Positions 24,266 to 36,494 of a stretch of DNA of 64,000 nucleotides are shown piece after piece. Under the pieces are notes generated by a model. The model worked only from the letters and a program-made list of their open reading frames with translations. It was not told where the DNA came from and did no database searches. The position numbers and the translations under genes are program-made. Each line of letters begins with the position of its first letter. Positions within the stretch are counted from its first letter, which is position 1. This DNA comes from Malacoraja senta (taxonomy: Eukaryota), in contig CM075989.1 of assembly GCA_038087875.1 (NCBI GenBank), forward strand, positions 14,324,001 through 14,388,000, read 5' to 3'.

Positions 24266-25609
24266 GTTTAAGAAGGAACAGCAGATGCTGGAAAATCGAA
24301 GGTAGACAAAATTTTTGGAGAAACTCAGCTGGTACGGCAGCATCTATGGAGCGAAGGAAACAGGCAACGTTTCGGGCCGAAACCCTTCTTCAGACTGATG
24401 TAGGGTGGGGGGGGGGAGGGGGAAGAAGAAAGGAAGAGGAGCCAGAGGGCTGAGGGAGAGCTGAGAAGGGGAGGAGACAGTGAGGGCTACCAGAAATTGG
24501 AGAAGTCAATGTTCATGCCGCTGGGGTGTAAACTGACCAAACGAAATATGGGGTGCTGCTCCTCCAATTTCCGGTGGTCCTCACTCTGGCCATGGAGGAG
24601 GCCTAAGACAGAAAGGTCGGATTCCGAAAGGGAGGGGGAGTTGAAGTGCTGAGCCACCGGGAGATCAGGTTGGTTATTGCAGACCGAGCGGAGGTGTTCG
24701 GCGCAGCGAGTGCCAAGCCTACGCTTGGTCTCACCGATGTAGATCAGCTGACATCTAGAGCAGCGGATGCAATAGATGAGGTGGGAGGAGGTGCAGGTGA
24801 ATCTCTGTCGCACCTGGAACGACTGCTTGGGTCCTTGAATGGAGTCAAGGGGGGAGGTAAAGCGACAAGTGTAGCATTTCTTGCGGTTGCAAGGGAAAGT
24901 GCCCGGGGAGGGGGTGTTACGGGTGGGAAGGGACGAATTGACCATGGAGTTACGGAGGGAGCGGTCTTTGCGAAGATGTGGCAAGTGGTGGGCTCTGGCG
25001 AAAATGACGGAGGATTATTTGTTGTATGTGACGGCTAATAGGGTGGAAGGTGAGGACTAGGGGGACTCTGCCCTTGTTACGAGTGGGGGGATGGGGAGAG
25101 AGAGCAGTGTTACGGGGTATGGAAGAAACCCTGGTGAGAGCCTCATCTATAGTAGGGGAGGGGAACCCCCATTCCCTGAAGAATGAGGACATCTCAGGTG
25201 CCCTGGGAGCAGATGCGGCATAGACGGAGGAATTGGGAGTAAGGGATGGAGTCCTTACAGGAAGCAGGGTGGGAAGAAGTATAGTCTAGATGACGAGACG
25301 TACCAGGGCCCCATCCCCGACCTCTACCTCCGCTACATCGACGACTGCATTGGTGCTACCTCCTGCACCCACACACAACTCACTGACTTCATCCATTTCA
25401 CCACTAACTTCTATTCGGCACTCAAATACACCTGGACCATTTCCGACACTTCCCTACCATTTCTTGACCTCACTATCTCCATCGCAGGTGATAGACTTCT
25501 GACCGACATCCACTATAAACCCACTGACTCTCACGGCTATCTAGACTACACTTCTTCCCACCCTGCTTCCTGTAAGGACTCCATCCCCTACTCCCAATTC
25601 CTCCGTCTA
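24266..25609 (-). mobile_element. Penelope-like retroelement, 5'-truncated, with an inverted RT segment
   Basis: GIY-YIG endonuclease on the minus strand (IYCIRCSRCQLIYIGETKRRLGTR..EH, 24487..24984). RT remnant on the plus strand at about 25300-25609 (YLRYIDDC...LPFLDL...HYKPTDSHGYLDYTSSHP). Terminal repeat at 24266-24400. Confidence 0.92.
24364..24396 (-). ncRNA. Minimal type I hammerhead ribozyme-like core in the Penelope terminal repeat
   Basis: The minus strand reads CTGAAGA-A-GGG-TTTCGG-CCC-GAAAC-GTT: CUGANGA and GAAA boxes, a short helix II and a palindromic AACGTT helix III. Helix I is weak. Confidence 0.6.
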
Positions 25610-25774
25610 CTGCTGGTGAACAATGGAGAATAATACCAGTGAATGTCAAAGGAAGCTGATGAAACTTCCACATGGTTAATGCCAGGCACAGCAGTGAACT
25701 CCACTTAGTCCAAATGATGACAATGGCGACAAATTTATATTTTTGAATTCATTGATTTGAAAATTATATTTATT

Positions 25775-26015
25775 TCAGTTAGTTTGGTTTAGCGATACAA
25801 CGCAGAATTTGCGCCGACCAGCAATCCCCATACACGAGCAATGTTTATCAAAGTCAGTTAACCTACAAACGTGTCTGTCTTTGGAGTGTGGGAGGGAACT
25901 GGAGCACTGGGGAAAACCCACATGGTCACAGGGAGAATGTACAATCCTGTACTGACAGCACCTGGAGTCAGGATCGAACCCAGATCTCTGGTGCTGTAAG
26001 GCAGCAAGTCTACCG
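25775..26015 (-). mobile_element. HE1/V-SINE-like SINE
   Basis: Reverse-complement similarity to 16067-16375 (tcaggatcgaaccc, gctgtaaggcagcaa). Confidence 0.8.
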
Positions 26016-27301
26016 TTTCAGTAAAACCACCACACACCCCACACCCCCATTTTCATCACTTCCATTTAATTTTTTTTTAAATGTTTGATTTTTACCAGTT
26101 TGCATGCTATTTTCTCAAATTCATTTCTCAAAGTCATAACATTCAGCAACATTGAATACTTTTGACAAGTTTGGAACTGATTAAACCAGAAGCTATGGCT
26201 TACTTGAGATGTTTTGGATATTATGTGGGTTTGTAGGCATCTGCAAAATAAAAATGTGGACCCACCCACCACGAGGACCTCATCAGGGATTCAGCCAGCT
26301 TGGAAGTACAAATTGATAATGGCAGATCCGTAAAAGAAAGTTGAATCTTGTCACCTAGATCCACTGCGGGCCTAGACACATCACTGCATAGCAGTTGGAA
26401 TTCCAGTACATGATCTGCTCTCATTCTCATCTACTCCCGTTCAAGAACACATGTTATATCTACACTGTGAATCAAAAACAAAATACTCTAAAATAGAAAA
26501 ACAGAGAGTGCTGGAAATATCACATCACAGCGGGGGCATCTGTGGAGAGGGAGAAACTACATTCACTCTTCAGATGAAAAGTTATCAGACTGAAGTGTTA
26601 ACTCTGTTTTTCTCTCGCTCTGCAGGCAGTTTTTGACCTTTTTACTCCCGGCATTTCCTGCCTTTTGTTTTATAACTCTAATCAGATAGTTGCTGCACTG
26701 CAAAGAGCAGCTGATTACTTATTACAAAAGTAGTCGATTACTTTTACAAAGCTAAACATTCAGCAAATGTTTCACTTGGAGATAGCACAAATCTATGAAT
26801 CCAGTGTAGCGTAAGATCTGCGCACTTTCTCATCCTGTCTAGTGAACCTGCTTGGTGAATGCAAAGTTTCATCAAACTCATCTCACGTACAGGTTTATAC
26901 TGATGTTCTTTAAAAGTGACAATCCCTTAGAAGACAGTGGGTGATCTGTAATGGCTTGGAGTTCACTGCATTGCTACCTGATCTTGCAGTGGTGAATTGA
27001 CTGCAATGTTTGTTGGACAGCTAACTAAAACATTCTGTAATGAGTAAAGTGCTGTACAAGACGCAGTCTTACCAATGTCTAGTCTGTTGCATCCTCTGAT
27101 CCTGTTATTCATGAGTAGAGCCAGGATGTTTAGGCGCTAAAAATCTCTGAAATAGGCGGGCAAATAGGCAAAATAAAATTACAAAAATGGCACGAAAAAG
27201 GCATTTATTGGCAAAAAAGGCATGTATTACCACCACCAAAATATGGTTAAAAATGATCATTGTAAAGGTATACTACATTATTGCCTGGTTGCACATAACT
27301 A

Positions 27302-28210
27302 CTAGCATTTTTTTTCCAAATTATCTGGTGTTAAACTATGCCGTCTGTCAGACGATATATGCTTCAGTTGTGAAGAACTTCTTTCTACCCCAGCTGAGGT
27401 CACTGGTGCATTCCTGAAACAAGCTACAAACTCTACATTCATGTTGATATCTTGTGCATTACAACTACCTTTGAGAAATGTAGCTATGTTTTGTACTTCT
27501 TCAAGATCTTTGTTAGCTAAAATCCCCCTCACAATTTCCTTGTATGTCTTTACCTACATCGCCAGGAACTTTAAGTACAAAGTACAGCAAATGAAGATGT
27601 AAACAACTGAGCAATAGTGGTGCTTTTTGACTTCTCCAATACTTCCAATGTCAAGAAATACTCCTTTGATGGTTGACCTGCCTTAAGTGAACCGATGACC
27701 ACATTGGCAACATATCTCCCCACAGCATTGGTTGTCTCATCTATTGAGATCCATATTTTGATGCATGCAACTTCATCTCTAATTTTCTGCACAACAATGT
27801 TGAAGTTGCCGTCAACATAATTTTTCTGTAATGATGACTCACTAGGTATAGGTTCCTTTGTGTATTTCCCTAAAAAACCTCTGAGAGATTTGTTTTCCAA
27901 TTTCCACAGTGGAATTCTAGCATCAATGAATGCTTTGCACAGATCACTCGAAAACTCAGATTTGCGATTGGAGCCAGCAGTAAATGTTGTGAGGAGACAA
28001 GCTTGCGTATTTCCTACCTTCAGTTTCTCTGCCGTCGACTTGTGTTTAGCTGTCTGTACATGCTGGGAGACGAAATATTTCTTCTCATGATTCACTGCTT
28101 TCTCACATGCTTTGCAAAACTGCGCACAGTTGTCTGTAGAGAATATATCACTCCCGTACACTCTCACCAAATCGTTCAGTTTTTTACAAGGCGTTGACGA
28201 CTTTAGGCAT
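27302..28210 (-). pseudogene. hAT transposase pseudogene: zinc finger, CGGBP1-like region, first catalytic Asp and C-terminal dimerisation motif, with the middle deleted
   Basis: FCKAC...QHVQTAKH; DLCKAFIDARIPLWKLENKSLRGFL; WISIDETT; APVTSAGVERSSS..K.I.SDRR. The probable ATG at 28210 is out of frame with ORF 27571..28170. Confidence 0.85.
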
Positions 28211-28229
28211 TTTGACGCTTGCAGGGTTA

Positions 28230-28690
28230 GATCCTACAGGAGCGGGGATGCAGACCTCTATAGGCAGGCCAAGTAGAAGCTGAGAAGAGGAATCAGAGCT
28301 GCCAAGGAAAGGTACTCTGAGATGTTGAGAAGCAAGTTCTCAGCAAATGACTTCTTCAGTGTGGAAGGGTTTGCAAGAAATCACAAGCTACAAGAGGAAA
28401 ACCCCCCGCTCCTTGGGCAATCGTCAGCTGACCAATAACCTGAACGAGTTCTAACTGCAAGTTCGATAAACAGAAACTTAACCCTGGTACCCCACACCCC
28501 ATCCACAACCAACACTTCACACCTACTCACAGCTTGACTCCAAACTCGCTGTTTGAAAAGACTAGATCCTTCTCCACCTACTACTCCCCAATCACCATTT
28601 CAACGTACTTAAAGCATGACTCCAGTCTGCAAAGACTGGACCCTTTCCCACGCACCCCTCTCCAATCGCCACAACACTCACTTACAGCCG
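28230..28690 (+). mobile_element. Internal fragment of a Rex1/Babar LINE inside the hAT element
   Basis: Translates (with decay) as YRSGDADLYRQAK*KLRRGIRAAKERYSE...VWKGLQEITSYKRK...NNLNEF, the linker between endonuclease and RT in Rex1-type elements. Confidence 0.75.
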
Positions 28691-28919
28691 GGTTTTGCCC
28701 TGGTGCTGTAAATTTTCTTGTAAGGTAATGGCAAAAAAAGGCTGATTTAGGCACTCAATCGTGAAAAAGGCATTATCTTCCTGAATTCATCAAAAAAGGC
28801 ATGAAAAGGCACGGCATTTATGGCAAAATCCTGGCTCTATTCATGAGTGATTCTCATGGTCATTGAATTTCCATATGGTCTAATCAGTTAATTCACACAG
28901 TTCTGGCTAGAAAACATGT

Positions 28920-29220
28920 TTTAACGCGTACAGCAGAGAAATGTACCCATTCAGCCCACATCATCCATGGTGCCTGAGATGCTGAGACCCTTTGCATGAA
29001 TTAGGCCTTTTCTATCCATATACCCGTCCAAATGCCTTTTAAACATAATTGTATCTGCCCCTTCCACTTCCTCGGACAACTCATTCCAGATATACCACCA
29101 TACTCTGTATGGAAAAGATAATCCCTCAGGTTGCATTTAACTTTCTCCACTCACACCTTAAACTCTGCCCTCAAATTCTAGACTCTCCTGCCCACAGAAA
29201 AAGACTGACTATCTATCCAG
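28920..29220 (-). mobile_element. Decayed CR1 3' end
   Basis: IWNELSEEV...FKRHLDGYMDRKG on the minus strand. Confidence 0.8.
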
Positions 29221-29444
29221 TCATAATGGTGGCGTTGGACATATACATCATACTAAAAAAATGCACAAGAGCAATTTGGTTATTTTTTGTGCAACAAATT
29301 TTTGGCTTATTCATTTGATTTGAAATCTTCATTTTATTTTGCATTGGACACATTGTGTTTTGTGACAATGGGAATTGTGGTCAAAAGGAAATTTGTCTTT
29401 AGTTACTGGTACTGTATACTGATGATTCCTCATGCGCAGCCTAA

Positions 29445-29959
29445 AAGGCCTGTCTCACGAGTCTGCGGTCATTGGCGGTGATACAGGAAGTATCTACTGC
29501 TCGTGGACCGCCAGAGACCGCGGGTTCGATCAAACGCACACCACCGGGGCTGTGCGGCGTTGGTCCCAACACCGCATGGTGCTCACAAAAAGTCAACAAT
29601 GTCTAAAAATAATTTCTTACCGCACAGCCGCCGCCAGTGAGGCACGAGTGCGGCACGGTCACCGCCACAGCCGCCGCCAGTGCGGCATGAGCGCCGTGAG
29701 TCGAACTTTCACCGCCACAGCCGCCGCCAGTGAGGCACGTGTGCGGCATGGCCGCCGCCACAGCCCCGCGATCCGAAAGACGTCATCGCGTAGCGTGTCG
29801 CGATGCGCGATGACGTCATCACCCGACACCGCAAGCTCGTGGAACCGGCCGTACGGAGATCACTCGGCCCCGCGCAGCATCCGTGCGGCGCTCTCGTGGT
29901 TGCCGTGCTGCGACGCCGCGCTTCACCGCCAATGACCGCAAACCCGTGGGACAGAGCCT
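29445..29959. mobile_element. PIF/Harbinger-type MITE, CpG-rich
   Basis: About 37-bp imperfect TIRs (..ctgtc.cacg.gt.tgcggtcattggcggtga), TAA TSD at 29442-29444 and 29960-29962, internal ccgccacagccgccgccagtg repeats. Confidence 0.85.
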
Positions 29960-30929
29960 TAACCGAAAGAAAGGGGTTAATTTGTTTCATTGTCTACGGC
30001 GGTAAAGTTTACAGTTCCTTGCTGCTCATTCATGAGTTGGTTTCACACTGGAATAATCAGCAGGGTCAGCTGTGGATAACACAGCTTCCTATGATTCCCT
30101 CTGTGGTTTTCTACACGGGTATCAAATGCACTTGGCACAACAAACAGCTGAAGATTCAGGATGTCTTGACGGCTGCCAGATTACCAGGCATTTACCTGCA
30201 CGAGTTTGCTCCCAATGGTCATAAACTAGCTGTGGGGAATATTTCCTCCTAGCCCTTCATGACGCATTCGATTGGCTTTGTTGACACAAGAGATTACGGA
30301 TGCTGAAATCTGGAGCAAAAAGCAATCTGTTGTTGGAACCCAGCGGATTGAGCAGCATCTTGGTGAGAGGGGTGGGGGAGGGAAGGGATAGTTGATGTTT
30401 TACATTGAGACCCTGCATGAGTCACGATTGACTGATTTATCTTACTGAACTGTAGGAGTCTCGCTTGTTTCCTTGCTGAAATTCTACTGAAACAGTTGTT
30501 CTCCAAACCATCCAGGGCAGAAAGTGTCTCCCTCCCTTCCACTACCTTCTCAATCTCTTGGTCTGGCTTCCATGCTCATGCCTCGCAGCTATTTGTGCAG
30601 AAGCCTTTAAGTTAACAAAATGTCCTTCAGCACTTGCCTCACAACCCATGTAACGTGAAATGTGTGAAACTGGCAGAAGATTATGGATTCAATGCAATTA
30701 CCAAATGTATTATTTTCAAAAGTCCTGAGATTCAGTGAAAAAGTGTGCTATCACGGAAAATGTTACCATACATGATTATAAACAAATCAGACAAAAATAC
30801 ACCAGTTAGTGCAAAGAAAAAGGAGTGCAGAATATGGTGTTACTGCTACAGAGAAAATTTAGATCTAAAAAATTTAGATTTTAAAAAAAATACAAAAGCT
30901 CCCAATCTAGAGATCTGGTCAAGTTTTGG

Positions 30930-31650
30930 TGAATTTATGAGAGGTCCATTCAGTGATCTGATAACATCGGGGGGGAAAGCTGTTCCTGAACATGGTTTCA
31001 CGCTTTTATATTTCCTGGCCAAGAGGAGAAGAGGGAGTGACTGTGGGGTAAGTGGTCCTTGATTATGTTGGGTGCTTTCCTGCAACATCCGTGAATGAGT
31101 TGGTCGGGTGTGGGGAGGGTGGGGAAGGTGTCTGGTCTTGTGATGGGCTGGGCTGCATCCATAACTGTCTGCAATTTCTCATGGTCTTGGGCAAAGCAGT
31201 TGCAAAACAAGTTGTGTTGCATCCTGATAAGATGCTTTCTGTGGTGCATCTAAAGAAGTTGGTAAAAGTAATTGAACATATATTACATTTCCTCAGTCTT
31301 CAGAGGATACTAGGAACTTGAAGGTCTCGGCCATCTCTACTTCAGCACCATTGATGTTGCCTGATGCATGTGCTCCACCCCTCCTGAAGCCGATGACCAG
31401 CCCCTTTGTCTTGCTGATATTGAGGGATAGGAAGTTGTCTTGACACTTTGTAACCAAGCTCTCAAGATCCAAGCCTTCCTGTATTGCGTCTTGTCATTGT
31501 TTGATATCCGGCCCACTTCTGTGGTGTCATCTGCAAATTTGTAAGTGGAGTTTGGAATAGAATTTGGCTGACAGTCATGAGTGTTTAGGGATTTTAGTAG
31601 GGGGCTGAGAACACAGCCTTGCGGGGCACCCACAATGATAATTATTATGG
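30930..31650 (-). mobile_element. Decayed Rex1/Babar LINE RT 3' fragment
   Basis: GAPQGCVLSPLL..LNTHDC...KFADDTT.VGRISNND.TQYR (ORF 31337..31633), followed by downstream Rex1-type C-terminal remnants. Confidence 0.85.
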
Positions 31651-33703
31651 AGGACGTTTTGTCCCCTATCCTTAATCATTACGTTCTGTAAATCGTTTAT
31701 GAATCTTTTCACATTATTGCTGGTGAATTGGAGTCCTTCCTCTTGCAGAACATGTGTCCTGCCCCTCACAGTGACATTGAAAGAGGTTTTGCTTGCCAGA
31801 GCATAGCAAACCAAATTGGCAATGTTGATGTTACATCTGCATTGCATGCTGAACAACACCATGATATGATCTCCCTGTACATTTCCAGCTGCGATTCAAT
31901 CTGCATGCTAACAGACTCATTAATGTGGCTGCAGTTATCCAGCTGCTTAAAGTCTAGATAATTTATGTCCAGACTTTGGAGGCTGGGGACTGAGGGAACC
32001 TACCCACTCCACACACACATTTCCCTACCTGTCATACCCAGGTATCATACTAGCACTGGCAAACGTTAGACATTCTGTGGGTCTGTTTTGTAAGTTTACC
32101 TGTAACAGTTCAGAAAGGGTCTCAGCTTTCTGTGGCAGATATATCCCCAGTAGGTCCCATTATGAATTGAACCGGATCAATCAATAAAAATGTTAGTGGG
32201 CTGCAGATCCATGTGGCTGAGGTATCTGGGAGCCTAGTCTGGCTCAGAAGCCAATCCAATCTTGCATTCTTTCAGATGATGAGCAAGGCAAATGAGTTGC
32301 CTGGGACTGTTACATCCCTGCTTCAGCAGTCTGGCTGCCAAGGTATATGACAAGCCGCACAAATCAAAACTTCATGGAGGGGAGAATGCAGTCTCTGGTG
32401 TCCTCCAGTTAATATTCATTCTGATTTCTCAAATACGATTTGCTTTTAATGTTGAACACAGTACTTTCTATTAAAGATTGGACATGTCAGCATGAAATTA
32501 CTTTCCTGCAACCTTCTGGAACAGTTTGAACCAGTCTCCCTCGAAGGGCCGAATGGCCTACTCCTGCACCTATTGTCTATTGTCTATAAATTTCTTTACC
32601 CATTGTTTCTAAATCTTTAAAATTGTCTGCTCCAGAGGGCAGTGGAAACTCGGTTGCGAATTATATTCAAGATCATTATCAACTGAGGTTGAGACATGAG
32701 GATAATCAAAGAGTTTGAGAATTGCATGGAAAATTGGAAGAGATAGAGAACGTGGTTGCTGAAGGACAGTTGGACAAGGCTCAGGGACCTGACAGCCTAC
32801 TGATGCCACTTTACCTTCGGCTCATTTCTACAATGTCTTGTCCTGTGAAACATAAATCACAGTTTTAGCAGTTGTTGTTTGCACTTCCAAATTTTGAATG
32901 AAGTTTATTTGTACTGCATTAAGCAATATTCTATTAATATGAATAATTAGTTGTATTTTGTTTACAGTATTTGCTTTGAACCTGAAGCCAAAAGTTGCAG
33001 TCATTTTTTAAGAACTTTTTAAAATTATCTGTGCCACAGCCACTGTTCCCCAGATGTGTTGTGCTATGTGATGTGATGTCCCCCTCCCTGACTCTCAGTC
33101 TGATGAAGGGTCACAACCCAAAATGTCACCGATTTCTTTTCTCCAGAGATGCTGCCTGACCTGCGGAGTTACTCCAGCATTCCGTGTCTATCTTCAATGT
33201 AAATCAGCATCTGCAGTTCCTTCCCACACATGTGTTGTGCTATTGTAGTTTTACAGTGTTTCTTAGCAAGGCCATGGTAATATTTTGCATAATTGTTCAC
33301 CTTTTATCTGGCCATCTGCATACAAACAGATTTGAAAGACATCAGTCAACTTTATACAACTCAATGCATTTTGTTTATAAACTTGTGCATATCAAAGTAA
33401 GCAGTCCTTACATGCGAATTAAGCTAAAATGGATAGGTTAGGAAGGGGAAGGAGCTTAAGCGTTGAGAAAGTCCATGAAATGAACGGCATGGGCCAGTGG
33501 TGAGCGTGTGGCCTTTATTGTTTTAGATTTCAATTATAGCTTTCCTAGTTTGGGTTATGAATGAAGTTAGCTTGTACTACATTAAACACATTTCTATTAC
33601 TAGGAAGTGTAAATAAATATTGATACTGCTGGATAAAACAAGCAGAAACACCTGAGGACAAATTAACTATGAAATTCATAATTCTTTTCCCTTTCAGTAT
33701 AAT

Positions 33704-34463
33704 GTGCAGTATAATGTGGATAAATGTGAGGTTATCCACTTTTGTGGCAAAAACAGACTATTATCTGAATGGTGGCCGATTAGGAAAAGGGGAGATGCAA
33801 CGAGACCTGGGTGTCATGGTACACCAGTCATTGAAAGTAGGCATGCAGGTGCAGCAGGCAGTGAAGAAAGCGAATGGTATGTTAGCATTCATAGCAAAAG
33901 GATTTGAGTATAAGAGCAGGGAGGTTCTACTGCAGTTGTACAGGGTCTTGGTGAGACCACACCTGGAGTATTGCGTACAGTTTTGGTCTCCTAATCTGAG
34001 GAAAGACATTCTTGCCATAGAGGGAGTACAGAGAAGGTTCACCAGACTGATTCCTGGGATGGCAGGACTTTCATATGAAGAAAGACTGGATAGACTCGGC
34101 TTGTACTCGCTAGAATTTAGAAGATTGAGGGGGGATCTTATAGAAACTTATAAAGTTCTTAAGGGGTTGCACAGGCTAGATGCAGGAAGATTGTTCCCGA
34201 TGTTGGGGAACATTTTTCACACAGAGAGTGGTGAATCTGTGGAATTCTCTGCCACAGAAGGTAGTTGAGGCCAGTTCATTGGCTATATTTAAGAGGGAGT
34301 TAGATGTGGCCCTTGTGGCTAAAGGGATCAGGGGATATGGAGAGAAGGCAGGTACAGGATACTGAGTTGGATGATCATCCATGATCATATTGAATGGCGG
34401 TGCAGGCTCGAAGGGCCGAATGGCCTACTCCTGCACCTATTTTCTATGTTTCTATATCTATGT
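33704..34463 (+). mobile_element. CR1 3' fragment, same young subfamily as 4481-8380
   Basis: Near-identical to 7548-8380, with a short deletion near 33754 and a deletion of about 65 bp at 34210. Confidence 0.95.
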
Positions 34464-34825
34464 TTCAAAATGTGAACCGATCACAGAGTCATGGAGTTGT
34501 ACAGAACAGAAATGGACCACGTACATGTCGACCTTTTCTCCCATAATCCCATTTGCCCAGATTAGGACCATATCCCTCCATGCCTTGCCTATTCAAATGT
34601 ATGCTAAATGCCTTTTAAATTATTATACATGATAATATTTTCCCTCTGGCTGCGTTTTGCGTATTTAAAAAAACACCCCTCTGATCCCCTTTTATCTCCT
34701 TCCTCTCATTTTAAACTTATGCTTTTTTGTTTTTGACCCCCCACTCCATAACATGAGAAAAAGATTTTGACTATCTATGCTTCTCACCGTGTATACTTCT
34801 GTCAGATCACCCCTCAGCATCCTTA

Positions 34826-35002
34826 GACTTAGACTTAGACTTAGATTCCTTTATTGTCATTCAGACCTATCGGTCTGAACGAAATTTCGTTGCCTGCAGT
34901 CATACATATAATAAATAACAAAACACACAATAAACACAAATTAACATCCACCACAGTGAGTTCACCAGGCACCTCCTCACTGTGATGGAGGCAAAAGTCT
35001 TA
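34826..35002 (-). mobile_element. Short retroposon 3' end with (TCTAAG)n tail, inserted in a decayed minus-strand CR1 (about 34480-35300)
   Basis: agacttagacttagactt tail plus tttatt (AATAAA on the minus strand); the CR1 remnant resumes on both sides. Confidence 0.7.
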
Positions 35003-35385
35003 AAGTCCTTTGCCCTAGGGAAAACAAACCCATAGCTAACATCATCCAATCCAAACAATATCCTGGTGAATCTTGTCTGCATTCACTGCAGAACGGTTTG
35101 TAATACTCCACATGGTCTAATCAGTGTTTTGTAAAGTTGCAATATAACTTCTGTATACTAACTCCTGATCTTTATATATGCATTTGCATTTTTGCGTGCC
35201 ATATGCGTGCCATATGCATTTTTCACCATCCTGTGGTGCCACTTTCAAGGAATCATGGACTTGGACCCTCAGGTCTCTGTTCAACAGTATCCTTTCATGC
35301 TAAGTTGATTTTATATATAATCTGTTATTTTAAAAGTATGCTTCCTATTTAAGTTAAATGTTTATTTGACTTACCTGAATTTCAG

Positions 35386-35471
35386 ATTCCCCCAAGAACT
35401 TCACATGGGAAAACTAAGTGCCGAGGTTATGTGGCAGCTATTTGCCCAGGACATGAAGTACGCTCTTGAAG
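35386..35471 (+). CDS. UNC13C: UNC13C-like coding exon ([28 protein letters not shown])
   Basis: Acceptor tttcAG, donor GTaatt, 86 bp, phase 2/1. Split codon CA|A = Gln. Confidence 0.95.
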
Positions 35472-35496
35472 GTAATTAATATCAATGATCATCTTG

Positions 35497-36494
35497 AAAT
35501 TTGAAATGAAATTTGAAATTTGAAATTTGAAATTTGAAATTATTTTATTTGTCACATGTGCCAGTTGGCACAGTGAAATGTGTGATTGCCATACAGCCAT
35601 ACAATCAAAAATAAGAACACAACACATGATAGAGTTCAACATAAAACATCCCCACACAGCAGAATCAAATTTTCCCACTGCGAGGGAAGGCACCAAAGTC
35701 AGTCGTCTTCCTCTAATGTTCCCCGCTGTTCACCCGTGGTCGGGGCCCCCCCGAGCCCACCGCAGTCGCTGCTACGGGCGGTCCGATGTTCAGGCCCGCT
35801 CGCCGGGGTGATGTAAGTCCGATGTCGGGGCAGGGTGACCTCCTCAGCGGCTTGGACATCAGAGTCGGCCACCTCCTACCGGAGTCCACGGCTCCCAAAG
35901 TCCGCAGGCCGCGCTGGGCAAAGATGCAGAGATGCAGCGCTGGTGGCCCTCGGCAAAGGGCCCCAGGACTCCGTGATGTTATTCAGCGCCGGCCGCGCTG
36001 GAAGCTCTCCCAAACCGCAGCTCCACGATGTTGGAGCTCTCCCAAATGCTGGAAGCTCTCCCAAACCGCAGCTCCACGATGTTGGAGCTCTCCCAAATGC
36101 TGGAAGCTCTCCCAAACCGCAGCTCCACGAGCTCCAAACGGCGATCCAGGTCGGCATCGTCCGCTCCGCGGTGAATTCAGCGCCGCGCCGCCGCTGTTGC
36201 AGCTCTGGTCCAGTTCCCGGTCCCCGGCAGGAAAGGCCGCTCCGATCCAGGTGGTAGGCCGCGAGGAGGGGGGCGAGGACGCGACTTGGAGAAATAGTCG
36301 CGTCCCCGCCAGGAAGCGACTGGGAAACAGTTTCCCCCTTACCCTACCCCCCTCCCCCACATAGAAAAGTTAAAGTTTCCCCCTAAACAAACATTAAACT
36401 AACTAAAAATTTAAAAAAAGATGGAAAAAAACGAACAGGCTGCAGGCAGAGGCTGCCCTCAGTGTAGCGCCCCCCAGGAAACTTTAACTTTTCA
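35497..36494 (-). mobile_element. About 1-kb non-coding GC-rich retroposon with a (TTTCAAA)n tail
   Basis: Microsatellite tail and AATAAA on the minus strand, candidate 7-bp TSD CATCTTG (35490-35496 and 36495-36501), no recognisable protein domain. Confidence 0.75.
35997..36130. repeat. 51-bp tandem repeat, about 2.6 identical copies
   Basis: Unit gctggaagctctcccaaaccgcagctccacgatgttggagctctcccaaat at 35997, 36048 and 36099 (partial). Confidence 0.95.

Larger units (their letters stand above)
27116..28839 (-). mobile_element. hAT transposon deletion derivative with a CGGBP1-like transposase
   Basis: 12-bp TIRs TAGAGCCAGGAT, perfect 8-bp TSD TTCATGAG (27108-27115 and 28840-28847), subterminal aaaaggca repeats, transposase remnants on the minus strand. 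Confidence 0.92.

Noticed and set aside
29432..30252. Long ORFs of 167 and 149 aa
   Set aside because: They run through a GC-rich Harbinger MITE and are low-complexity by-products.
35786..36364. Four overlapping 93-192 aa ORFs with 17-aa repeats
   Set aside because: Explained by GC-rich retroposon sequence and a 51-bp tandem repeat; no domain or splice structure supports coding.
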